A DNA stretch of 64,000 nucleotides from the NCBI GenBank assembly GCA_036169735.1, contig JAVHNX010000036.1:13681-77680 (forward strand), read 5' to 3'. This DNA comes from Minisyncoccota bacterium. Its GTDB lineage: Bacteria > Patescibacteriota > Minisyncoccia > Phycocordibacterales > UBA9973. Each line of letters starts with the position of its first letter. Position 1 is the stretch's first letter. Under the pieces are notes generated by a model, which did no database searches, was not told the DNA's origin, and saw nothing but the letters and a program-made list of their open reading frames with translations. Position numbers and translations under genes: made by a program. Below are positions 55,180 to 64,000 of this stretch, one piece after another.

Positions 55180-56088
55180 ATGCCTTCGACTAAAGAAATA
55201 AAACAAAAAATAAAATCTACCGGAAACATCAAAAAAATCACTAAAACGATGGAGATGGTTTCGGTTTCCAAGATGCGCCGTGCGGTGGACAAAGCTCTTG
55301 CTTCACGCGCTTATTCTCGTTTTGCTCTTGAACTTTTGGTGAATTTATCAAAAAATAAAGATGTCTCTCATTCTTTGATGGAAAAAGGTAAGGGTGACAA
55401 GGAATTATTGATTGTCGTCGCTAGTAGCAAAGGCTTGTGCGGAGGATATCATACGAACCTTTTCAAAGCTTTAAATATTTATCTTAAAAAAGAAGAGTCC
55501 TTAGGTATAAATTTGAAGGCCATAACGATAGGTAAGTATGGCGAGAAAATTTGTAAGAAAGCAGGTGTCTCGACTTTTGCCAGCTTCCTAAACTTTTCCG
55601 AAGCTTCGAGCATGGAACAAGTAAAAGAATTGTCAGATTTGGTTTCAAAAGAATATGTCGAAGGAGGATACAAGAGTGCAAAGATTTTATACACACAATT
55701 CCTGAAATCAACTTCTTACAAACCAGTCTTACGAGAACTCTTTCCAATCAGTCCTGAATCGGTAAAAAATATTATCGAGACGCCCGAACAGAAAGTTGAT
55801 ATCAGTGAAGAGGGTAATAATTTTGTGGATTATAAGTTTGAACCGGATTTAGAAACAATATTGGAAAGTATTTTACCGGGGTTAGTGGATGTCGTTGTTT
55901 ACCAAGCTTTAGCTGAAGCCTATGCCTCTGAACACTCTGCTCGAATGTTTGCTATGAAGAATGCTGGAGATAATGCCACGACGATATTGGATAGATTGAT
56001 GTTATCTTACAACCACGCAAGACAAGACGGTATTACAAGAGAGCTTTCCGAGATAGTCGCCGGAGCGGAAGCATTATCAAGCAACTAA
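55180..56088 (+). CDS. atpG: F0F1 ATP synthase subunit gamma
   Basis: N- and C-terminal coiled-coil helices (…ITRELSEIVAGAEAL at C-terminus); operon position. Confidence 0.85.
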   Translation: MPSTKEIKQKIKSTGNIKKITKTMEMVSVSKMRRAVDKALASRAYSRFALELLVNLSKNKDVSHSLMEKGKGDKELLIVVASSKGLCGGYHTNLFKALNIYLKKEESLGINLKAITIGKYGEKICKKAGVSTFASFLNFSEASSMEQVKELSDLVSKEYVEGGYKSAKILYTQFLKSTSYKPVLRELFPISPESVKNIIETPEQKVDISEEGNNFVDYKFEPDLETILESILPGLVDVVVYQALAEAYASEHSARMFAMKNAGDNATTILDRLMLSYNHARQDGITRELSEIVAGAEALSSN

Positions 56089-57495
<1,407 letters not shown>

Positions 57496-57498
57496 TTA

Positions 57499-57622
57499 AT
57501 CCCGTTAGAGGTAGGAAGTCTTTAGACTTCCGTCAGTGTTGCCACTAAAAGTTACTTAACTAAATTTATTATAAAATATTCATTCATCAATAATATAAAA
57601 ACTATATGACCTCTAACGGGAT
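57499..57622. repeat. IR-flanked intergenic element B (atpD-atpC spacer); right arm lies in codons 2-6 of atpC
   Basis: Left arm atcccgttagaggt (57499-57512), right arm acctctaacgggat (57609-57622); inner hairpin ggaagtc-tttag-gacttcc; atpC ATG at 57606. Confidence 0.6.
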
Positions 57623-57872
57623 AAAAATCTCAATTATAGCTAAAGATAAAGTTATCTACCAAGGTGAAGCTATTTCTGTGATTGTTCCTACAAAAAGTGG
57701 AATCATCGAAGTGCTTCCTGAACACATGCAACTCGTCTCTGCTCTTGCAAAAGGTGAGATTGTTTTGACTCTCTCAAATGAAAAGAAAAATTTCACTATC
57801 TCTGGTGGAGTTTTAGAAATAAAAACAAAGAGTAATATACTTATTTTGGCTGATATTGTCTCTGAGCAATAA
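57606..57872 (+). CDS. atpC: F0F1 ATP synthase subunit epsilon (88 aa, beta-sandwich domain only)
   Basis: Operon position; N-terminal beta-sandwich pattern (…VLPEHMQLVSALAKGEI…); lacks the C-terminal helical hairpin. Confidence 0.7.
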   Translation: MTSNGIKISIIAKDKVIYQGEAISVIVPTKSGIIEVLPEHMQLVSALAKGEIVLTLSNEKKNFTISGGVLEIKTKSNILILADIVSEQ

Positions 57873-57883
57873 AATGAAAAAAA

Positions 57884-57906
57884 ATGGCAAGGTTAAGCCT
57901 TGCCAT
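57884..57906. repeat. ATG..CAT hairpin element (family 1), intergenic copy after atpC
   Basis: atggcaagg-ttaag-ccttgccat. Confidence 0.65.
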
Positions 57907-57931
57907 CTGAGATTTATAGTATAATCATTTT

Positions 57932-58609
57932 ATGTCTAAATTTTACGTAGTTGCTACACCGATAGGAAATATGGGAGACATTACCTTCCGAGCTATTGAA
58001 ACACTTAAAGAAGTGGATTTGATACTGTGCGAAGATACCCGTGATACAAAAAGGATTCTTGATAGGTACAATATCAGTAAACCGATGATGAGTTATCATG
58101 CCCAGAGTAAACTCGCAAAGGTGGATAAGATTTTTGAATTATTGGAAGAAGGTAAGAATCTTGCTTTAGTTTCAGATGCTGGCACACCAGGTATTTCTGA
58201 TCCCGGTGCTATGCTAGTTTTTAAAATAAAAGAAAGATTTACAACTGAAGAAGTCCAAGTTATTCCGATACCGGGAGCAACTGCTCTTGTAGCTGCTCTT
58301 TGTGCTTCTGGGCTGCCTACTCATGAATTTACATTTATCGGTTTTATGCCCCACAAGAAAGGCAGAGAAACATTGTTTAAAGAAATAGCAGAAGCAAAAC
58401 GTACAATGGTTTTTTACGAGTCCCCACACAGAATTTTAAAAACTTTAGAATCATTGATAAAATTCTGTCCAGACAAAAAAGTTTGCATTGCTCGTGAAAT
58501 AACAAAAATCTACGAAGAATTTAAAACCGGTTCAGCCGCAGAGCTTCTAGAATATCTGACAGTTAATCCCGTAAAACAAAAAGGGGAGTTTGTTGTGCTT
58601 GTAGCGTAA
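57932..58609 (+). CDS. rsmI: 16S rRNA (cytidine1402-2'-O)-methyltransferase RsmI
   Basis: Tetrapyrrole-methylase-fold start FYVVATPIGNMGDITFRAIETLKEVDLILCEDTR...; 225 aa. Confidence 0.7.
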   Translation: MSKFYVVATPIGNMGDITFRAIETLKEVDLILCEDTRDTKRILDRYNISKPMMSYHAQSKLAKVDKIFELLEEGKNLALVSDAGTPGISDPGAMLVFKIKERFTTEEVQVIPIPGATALVAALCASGLPTHEFTFIGFMPHKKGRETLFKEIAEAKRTMVFYESPHRILKTLESLIKFCPDKKVCIAREITKIYEEFKTGSAAELLEYLTVNPVKQKGEFVVLVA

Positions 58610-58618
58610 TTAAAGGTT

Positions 58619-58676
58619 AAACGAAGGTCGGACCTTAGACATATTTGTCTAAGGTCCGACCTTCGTTTTTTTTGTT
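58619..58676 (+). terminator. Strong rho-independent terminator after rsmI, built from the aaggtcggac repeat family
   Basis: 23-bp stem aaacgaaggtcggaccttagaca / tgtctaaggtccgaccttcgttt, 4-nt loop, then T-run. Confidence 0.7.
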
Positions 58677-58682
58677 TTTAAA

Positions 58683-58711
58683 TTGACACATCTATCTAGC
58701 CATGTTATCAT
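58683..58711 (+). promoter_or_regulatory. Putative sigma70-type promoter
   Basis: TTGACA-17 nt-TATCAT. Confidence 0.35.
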
Positions 58712-58750
58712 GCATTTTATAACAGTATTTTGACATATATTATAGTTTTT

Positions 58751-58800
58751 CAGTAGAACTCTTTGGGTACCAGGAAACTGGTTTTTAAAGAGTTCTACTG
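58751..58800 (+). other. Two-level stem-loop in the leader of the 58858 gene
   Basis: cagtagaactcttt...aaagagttctactg (14-bp outer stem) enclosing accag-gaaa-ctggt. Confidence 0.45.
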
Positions 58801-58857
58801 TGAAGTAGTACATATAAATTAAATATAATTTAAACCACTACTAAAAACTATCTTAAA

Positions 58858-59640
58858 ATGAAACAAGCACCTAACACTAACCTCGATCAAATTAAAAATG
58901 ATCCATCGGAAAAGATTAAAAAAATTTCTGGTTGGAAAGACTATTACAAAAAACAAAAAGTAATAGTAACTTTAACCAACGATACTGTTGAAGAAGAAAA
59001 AAGATTCAACAAAGAATGCGATGATATAAATGAAAATCCACAAAATGTTTCTTTCATTGTATTAGCTCCAATAACTTTTTTACACCTTCACGATTTCAAA
59101 GAAAAAGTAGAAATTGCAACCACTTTTTTTTGTTTTATGAAAAACGGACATGTAATCACAGAGGAACGTACTGGTCTCTCAACAATTAATTTTACTAAAG
59201 CATTTAATGCAATTGTAAAAAGAGTTACCGGCACTGACCCAAGTGCAATTGTTCCTGAAGTTCCACTAACTGATTTGCTTAGCTTAGAGCAAGAATCAAA
59301 ACTTCAAGAAAAACTTGATAAGTTTGGTGAAAATTTAGAACTTTGGATGGAAAAGTTTAATATACTTCCAGCAGTAAGGCGTGCGTCTCTTTTTATAGGA
59401 GATCGTCCTGGATGGTTGGTGGAAATTAGTATAAAAAGTGATTTTCCAGGTAATGATTCATGTGATGATTTCATTTTATGTATTGGTAATGAAGTTGTAA
59501 ATCCTGATTGGGATCCGGTTGGAGAAGAGTCTGCATTGTACAAAAAATGGTTCAATGAATTGAAATTGAGTTCTTACGAGAACTTATATAAGTCATTGGT
59601 GGAATTATCAAATCAATATGTTTGTATTCCGCAGGCCTAA
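58858..59640 (+). CDS. Hypothetical cytoplasmic protein
   Basis: 260-aa ORF, no signal peptide, no motif recognized. Confidence 0.35.
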   Translation: MKQAPNTNLDQIKNDPSEKIKKISGWKDYYKKQKVIVTLTNDTVEEEKRFNKECDDINENPQNVSFIVLAPITFLHLHDFKEKVEIATTFFCFMKNGHVITEERTGLSTINFTKAFNAIVKRVTGTDPSAIVPEVPLTDLLSLEQESKLQEKLDKFGENLELWMEKFNILPAVRRASLFIGDRPGWLVEISIKSDFPGNDSCDDFILCIGNEVVNPDWDPVGEESALYKKWFNELKLSSYENLYKSLVELSNQYVCIPQA

Positions 59641-59659
59641 GTGTTTTGTAAAATTATTT

Positions 59660-59686
59660 AAAAGCCCCAGATCATCGGGGCTTTTT
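59660..59686. terminator. Terminator hairpin between convergent genes
   Basis: aaaagcccc-agatcatc-ggggctttttt. Confidence 0.55.
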
Positions 59687-59692
59687 TTATTT

Positions 59693-61636
59693 CTATAAGA
59701 TATTTTCTGGATCGATATTTACTGAAAATTCACGAGGAAGTAACAAAAGTTTTTCAAGAAGTTTTTCATCAATTTTAGAATTTGTAGATAGTTCAGGTAA
59801 GGACCATTTTTTAGTATCTATTTTTATTAACATATTTGTGACATATTTATCTTTTATTTTACTCACGAAACCACTAAAAATCTCAGGGTCATAATCTTTG
59901 AATACTTCTTCAAGGGCTTTTTTTGTATGAATTGAATCTTCTTTATTTCCCATGTGCGTGATTTTAATAAAACGTTTAAATGGAGGATATCCAAGATTTT
60001 TTCTATCTTCTAATTCTTCACGCACAAAAGACAATATGTTTTCTGTCTCAACTGCATGGATAGCTGGGTCTTGCTTATTTTTGGTTTGGATAATAAGTTT
60101 GTCTTTTGTTTTGGAAATTATCGAAAAAATAAGTTGGATAATTTTCTCATTCATTTTGAAACTAGGCACACTCCAAAGTGAATCAAAAGAAGCGATGACT
60201 GAGAGGGTAACAGGTTCTTTTATATATAGTAGTGCCATCTCAGTACCGACGAGTATTGATCCAGGATTCTCTTCAAATTCCTTTATTATTTTTATTGCAC
60301 CTTTGGTTGTCTTGGCTGATTCTTTGTCGAGTTTAAAAATTTTTGTTTCAGGGAAAAGTTTTTGAGCTTCTTCAAATACAGTATCAGTACCAATACCGAG
60401 CGGCATAAGATTCCAACTATTACAATTTAAACATCTGGTCTCAGGATCTTTTTCTGTATTACATCGGTTACAAGCAAACATTCTTTTTTTACCATCTCTA
60501 GATAAATAAAGGACGACAGGTACGGAACATTTTGTGCACATGACTGGTTCATTACAATCTCGGCAAAGTGTCTCTGTTGCCAGGCCTTTTCGTAGTGAAA
60601 ATATAAAAATGCTTTCTTTTTTTGTAATCACTTCTTGTATTTCTTGGGCAGTATCGTCAGTTAATACTTTAAATTTCTCTTCCTTTTTTTCTGGTATTTT
60701 TATTTCTCCTTCAAAATTTAACCTGAAAGATAATGGGTGTACTTCAGAAAAATTATCCATTTCTTTTCGAGCTATTGTTTCAAAATGAAGTAGGGAATCA
60801 CCGAGTATAAGTTTGGCACTTATCTTTGAAGCATAAAGTTCCACAAATGAACGCAGGTCGAAATAAGGCCTATTCATCATTTTGTAAGCATTGGAACTCT
60901 CATGTTCCAGGATAATAGTCCCAAAATCACGACGTGGTATAGATAAAAATGGTGCAGTACCAAATACGAGGACTGGGTGTGAGGAAGTTACAATCTCATC
61001 AAATTTTTTTAAAATCTTTTTTGGTCCCAATCCTGCATACATTGAGAAGCTGAAGTTCTCGATTCCTTTCGATAATGTTTTTGAAAATATCTCAATATCT
61101 ATCTCAGTAGGTAAAACTATAAAAACTGATTTTTTTTCTGCGAATGATCCACGGATCAGAGTCTTGTAAAAAGAAATACGATCTTCAAGTGGATATTGAA
61201 AAAGTAATTTTTCTTTTTTTATATTCACCCCTCCCAACCCTCCCCTTGGCAAGGGGAGGGCAATGGTGTAATCTTCATTTTTTATTTTAGATATCTTGTC
61301 GTACTCTTCTCGAAAGATTGATGGGATCAAAGTCACAATTGCATCATTTTTTCTTGTTGCAAAATATTTACTGATGTCGAGAGTGGACTCGATATATTCT
61401 TTTAAGAAAATTGAGTTCTCTTTTACTTCAGTTATTTTTTTTAGATTGAATGCCAGGTTTTTTATATCAGATTTTGTGTCAGTTGCTTTCTCTGAAGAGA
61501 CCGCTAGACCAAGTATTTGTTTATTTCGAATTGGCACAGTCACAATACTCCCATCAGGTATATTTTTTGAGCTAAAATAGGTCAGATTTTCCCTGAAAGC
61601 TCCTTTTTCCAACGGGATTACTGTCACGATTTTCAT
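59693..61636 (-). CDS. priA: Primosomal protein N' (PriA) homolog; helicase motifs degenerate
   Basis: N-terminal 3'-DNA-binding domain (MKIVTVIPLEKGAFRENL...GSIVTVPIRNKQILGLAV). Cys-rich zinc-binding region CRDCNEPVMCTKCSVP...CNRCNTEK...CLNCNS. No recognizable GxGKT Walker A; DExH reads ILEHESS. Contains GC-rich palindromic insert encoding LPLPRGGLGG. Confidence 0.65.
   Translation of the reverse strand: MKIVTVIPLEKGAFRENLTYFSSKNIPDGSIVTVPIRNKQILGLAVSSEKATDTKSDIKNLAFNLKKITEVKENSIFLKEYIESTLDISKYFATRKNDAIVTLIPSIFREEYDKISKIKNEDYTIALPLPRGGLGGVNIKKEKLLFQYPLEDRISFYKTLIRGSFAEKKSVFIVLPTEIDIEIFSKTLSKGIENFSFSMYAGLGPKKILKKFDEIVTSSHPVLVFGTAPFLSIPRRDFGTIILEHESSNAYKMMNRPYFDLRSFVELYASKISAKLILGDSLLHFETIARKEMDNFSEVHPLSFRLNFEGEIKIPEKKEEKFKVLTDDTAQEIQEVITKKESIFIFSLRKGLATETLCRDCNEPVMCTKCSVPVVLYLSRDGKKRMFACNRCNTEKDPETRCLNCNSWNLMPLGIGTDTVFEEAQKLFPETKIFKLDKESAKTTKGAIKIIKEFEENPGSILVGTEMALLYIKEPVTLSVIASFDSLWSVPSFKMNEKIIQLIFSIISKTKDKLIIQTKNKQDPAIHAVETENILSFVREELEDRKNLGYPPFKRFIKITHMGNKEDSIHTKKALEEVFKDYDPEIFSGFVSKIKDKYVTNMLIKIDTKKWSLPELSTNSKIDEKLLEKLLLLPREFSVNIDPENIL
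61226..61268. repeat. GC-rich palindrome inserted in-frame in priA
   Basis: cacccctcccaa-ccctccccttggcaaggggaggg-caatggtg. Confidence 0.65.
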
Positions 61637-61679
61637 ATTTCTATTCTAGCATAATTTGTGATATATTTAGCCGTATGGG

Positions 61680-61779
61680 TCCCGTTAGAAGTTATCCTAA
61701 TGGGGCTTATTTATAAACATAATAAAGTTACCTAAAAGTCATTTATCTATAATGTAATATTGGTTAACTTCTAACGGGA
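61680..61779. repeat. IR-flanked intergenic element C (priA/mreB divergent region); right arm abuts mreB start codon
   Basis: Left arm tcccgttagaagtta (61680-61694), right arm taacttctaacggga (61765-61779) followed by ATG. The complement of the left arm can pair with atcccgttgg in priA codons 6-9. Confidence 0.6.
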
Positions 61780-61784
61780 TGGGA

Positions 61785-62792
61785 ATGTTTTCAAGAAAAA
61801 TAGGAATCGACCTCGGAACCGCTAATACATTGGTCTTTTTACCAGGTAAAGGCATTGTTTTAAATGAGCCTTCTGTTGTGGCTGTTTCTGAACAAGACAA
61901 TAAAATTCTAGCTATTGGTTTCGATGCCAAGGATATGATTGGAAAGACTCCAGATTCTATCATTGCTTATCGTCCGATGAAAGATGGAGTGATAGCAGAC
62001 TACCGTGTGACTGAAGCGATGCTTCGCTATTTCATAAATAAATCTATGGGTAGATTCAATTTATTCAAACCAGATGTGATGGTCTCAGTGCCAGCTGGTG
62101 TGACTTCCACAGAACGCAGAGCTGTCGTAGAGGCGACAATTCGTGCTGGTGCTAGAAATGCGTACGTTGTGAAAGAACCAATTCTTGCAGCGATTGGTGC
62201 AGGAATTCCTATTTATGAAGCAAGAGGTCACATGGTTGTTGATATTGGTGGAGGTACGACAGATGTTGCGGTTATTTCTCTTGGCGGAATCGTGGCTTCA
62301 ACTTCTGTAAAATGTGCTGGAAACAAAATCGATCAAGCGATAGCTGACTACATTAAAAAAACTTTCAACTTAGCGATTGGTGATAAGACAGCAGAAGAAG
62401 TAAAAATTAAAATAGGTGCAGCTGTTGCTCTCGAAGAAGAACTTCGTGTCACTATCAAAGGAAGAGATTTCATTCAAGGCTTACCACGTTCTGCTCAAGT
62501 CGGAACCAATGAAATCGTCAAAGCGATAGATGGGGAATTAAAACAAATAATTAAAGCTATCAAAGATGTTTTGCAAGAAACTCCTCCAGAACTTGCTTCT
62601 GATATTATAGACCACGGTATTGTTATGACAGGTGGCTCATCTCAACTTCGATGTTTAGCTGATTTGGTTTACCGAAGGACAGGTGTAAAAGCAGTCTTGG
62701 CTGAAGACGCACTATTTTGTGTTGTAAAAGGTACAGGTATTGCTCTTGAGCATTTAGATGTCTACAAGAGAACTATTCTAAGTAAAAAATAA
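61785..62792 (+). CDS. mreB: Rod shape-determining actin homolog MreB
   Basis: MFSRKIGIDLGTANTLVF..., DIGGGTTDVAVISLGG; ORF-track start at 61779 (MGM...) is the alternative. Confidence 0.9.
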   Translation: MFSRKIGIDLGTANTLVFLPGKGIVLNEPSVVAVSEQDNKILAIGFDAKDMIGKTPDSIIAYRPMKDGVIADYRVTEAMLRYFINKSMGRFNLFKPDVMVSVPAGVTSTERRAVVEATIRAGARNAYVVKEPILAAIGAGIPIYEARGHMVVDIGGGTTDVAVISLGGIVASTSVKCAGNKIDQAIADYIKKTFNLAIGDKTAEEVKIKIGAAVALEEELRVTIKGRDFIQGLPRSAQVGTNEIVKAIDGELKQIIKAIKDVLQETPPELASDIIDHGIVMTGGSSQLRCLADLVYRRTGVKAVLAEDALFCVVKGTGIALEHLDVYKRTILSKK

Positions 62793-62800
62793 TCGCTACT

Positions 62801-62832
62801 CAAGCCCGGCCTCACAAGTGAGGCCGGGCTTG
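62801..62832 (+). terminator. GC-rich terminator hairpin after mreB
   Basis: caagcccggcctcac-aagt-gaggccgggcttg followed by an A/T-rich stretch. Confidence 0.55.
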
Positions 62833-62842
62833 TAAAATTAAT

Positions 62843-63568
62843 ATGAAAATTTTAGAACATTTAGACAAAAACAATCTACACCATGCATATCTCATAGAAG
62901 GATCTCGAACTGAGATTTTACCGGAAATTTTTTCCTTCCTAGAAGATATAGATATTAAAACTTCAGCCAATCCTGATTTTTATAATATTGTTATTGATAA
63001 TTTTAAAATCGATGATGCCTTGAATCTCAGAGCTTCTGGTTCTGAAAAAAGTTTTTCTTCGGGCAAGAAGATATTTATCCTTTCTGTAAATCAATTCACC
63101 TTAGACGCACAAGGGGTTCTTTTAAAAATGTTTGAAAACCCGTCTCCTGATACACATTTTTTTTTGATCATGCCTGACACAGCTGCACTGTTAAAAACAG
63201 TTATTTCCAGATTTTATTATATTTCTACGAAACCGGAAATGGTTGATGAAATAAAAGAAGCTGAGAAATTTATCAGTATGAAATTAAGTGACAGAATAGA
63301 ATTTTTAAAAATATTTTCAAAACTGGAAAAAGATGAAGATGATGAATCTGCAGCAGTGACAGACGAAGAATCTCCTCGCATAAAAGCATCTAAATTTTTG
63401 AATGCATTAGAAATAGCTTTACATAATAAAATGTCAAAGACTGCATTTGACACATTTGACACATCTTTTTTCAAACACTTCTTTAAGGTTCGAGAATTTC
63501 TTCGTCAGCCTGGTTCCTCTACAAAATCTCTTATGGAGTCAGTGGCTATCATCGTGCCAAATTTATAA
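62843..63568 (+). CDS. DNA polymerase III delta'-like clamp-loader subunit (HolB-like, Walker A absent)
   Basis: HAYLIEG start and ...LLKMFENPSPDTHFFLIMPDTAALLKTVISR (sensor-1/SRC-like region) resemble the delta-prime/delta N-terminal AAA+ fold; 241 aa. Confidence 0.45.
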   Translation: MKILEHLDKNNLHHAYLIEGSRTEILPEIFSFLEDIDIKTSANPDFYNIVIDNFKIDDALNLRASGSEKSFSSGKKIFILSVNQFTLDAQGVLLKMFENPSPDTHFFLIMPDTAALLKTVISRFYYISTKPEMVDEIKEAEKFISMKLSDRIEFLKIFSKLEKDEDDESAAVTDEESPRIKASKFLNALEIALHNKMSKTAFDTFDTSFFKHFFKVREFLRQPGSSTKSLMESVAIIVPNL

Positions 63569-63587
63569 TTTCTGATACAATATATCC

Positions 63588-64000
63588 ATGCAATACAATT
63601 TTACAAATTTTAAAAATGAATTAAAAAAAGCAGGGGAATTTTTAAGTAAAGAATATAGTCAGCTTAGTACTGGCCGTGCTTCACCGATGGTTTTAGATGG
63701 AGTTTCTGTTGAAATATATGGTGATTACCAGCCAATCAAAAATATCGCTTCAGTAAATATTGAAGATCCAAAAACTCTACGTATTGCACCTTGGGACAAG
63801 GGTCAGATTAAAGCAATCGAAAAGGCTATTATGGCTGCGAACCTAGGATTATCCGTAGCTATTGATGACATGGGTATTCGTGTTATTTTTCCTCAATTAA
63901 CTACCGAGACTAGACAGACCTTGGTAAAAGTTTTGAAAGCAAAAATGGAAGATGCAAAAATAGTTGTCCGTAAAGTACGCGAGGAAGTTCTAGACGATGT
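63588..64000 (+). CDS. frr: Ribosome recycling factor (3'-truncated at window edge)
   Basis: ...LSTGRASPMVLDGVSVEIYGDYQPIKNIASVNIEDPKTLRIAPWDKGQIKAIEKAIMAANLGLSVAIDDMGIRVIFPQLTTETRQTLVK matches the RRF pattern. Confidence 0.8.
   Translation, partial: MQYNFTNFKNELKKAGEFLSKEYSQLSTGRASPMVLDGVSVEIYGDYQPIKNIASVNIEDPKTLRIAPWDKGQIKAIEKAIMAANLGLSVAIDDMGIRVIFPQLTTETRQTLVKVLKAKMEDAKIVVRKVREEVLDD

Overview
This AT-rich 64-kb window looks like a reduced Patescibacteria/CPR-type bacterial genome (assignment inferred from gene content only). Genes are short and tightly packed, with typical sigma70 promoters and often no clear SD. Most of it is housekeeping: infB-rbfA, a NifS/IscS-like cysteine desulfurase, clpB, mgtA, a ZnuABC-like metal ABC transporter, an ECF sigma/anti-sigma pair, typA, mltG, a DnaQ-like exonuclease, mnmA, mgtC, a short alaS, infA-rpmJ-rpsM-rpsK-rpsD-rpoA-rplQ followed directly by rplM-rpsI-grpE, dnaK, a J-domain protein, rplY, rpmE, prfA (RF1), an RRM RNA-binding protein, the complete F-type ATP synthase operon atpB-E-F-H-A-G-D-C, rsmI, priA, mreB, a holB-like gene and a partial frr. 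There are six tRNAs: a Cys/Leu/Lys/Leu cluster, Tyr and Ile. Accessory content is at the left edge (four tandem VirB2/TrbC-pilin-like genes, an SPFH/NfeD-like pair, an IPT/TIG surface protein) and between dnaK and dnaJ (a TraG/VirD4/HerA-superfamily ATPase with a zinc ribbon plus a RhuM-Fic protein). The most unusual signal is a set of short GC-rich hairpin/palindromic repeat families. (1) In-frame palindromic insertions sit inside conserved genes: four in nifS, plus mnmA, priA and the PaaX-like gene. (2) An element of about 110-125 nt with covarying terminal inverted repeats ATCCCGTTAGARG/CYTCTAACGGGAT occurs three times, each time with its right arm on the start codon of atpF, atpC or mreB. 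(3) A ~55-nt element with a covarying hairpin is duplicated in the tRNA-operon spacer and the mnmA leader. (4) A 24-bp operator-like palindrome is shared upstream of clpB and the RRM protein gene. No rRNA, CRISPR array or intact transposase is visible.
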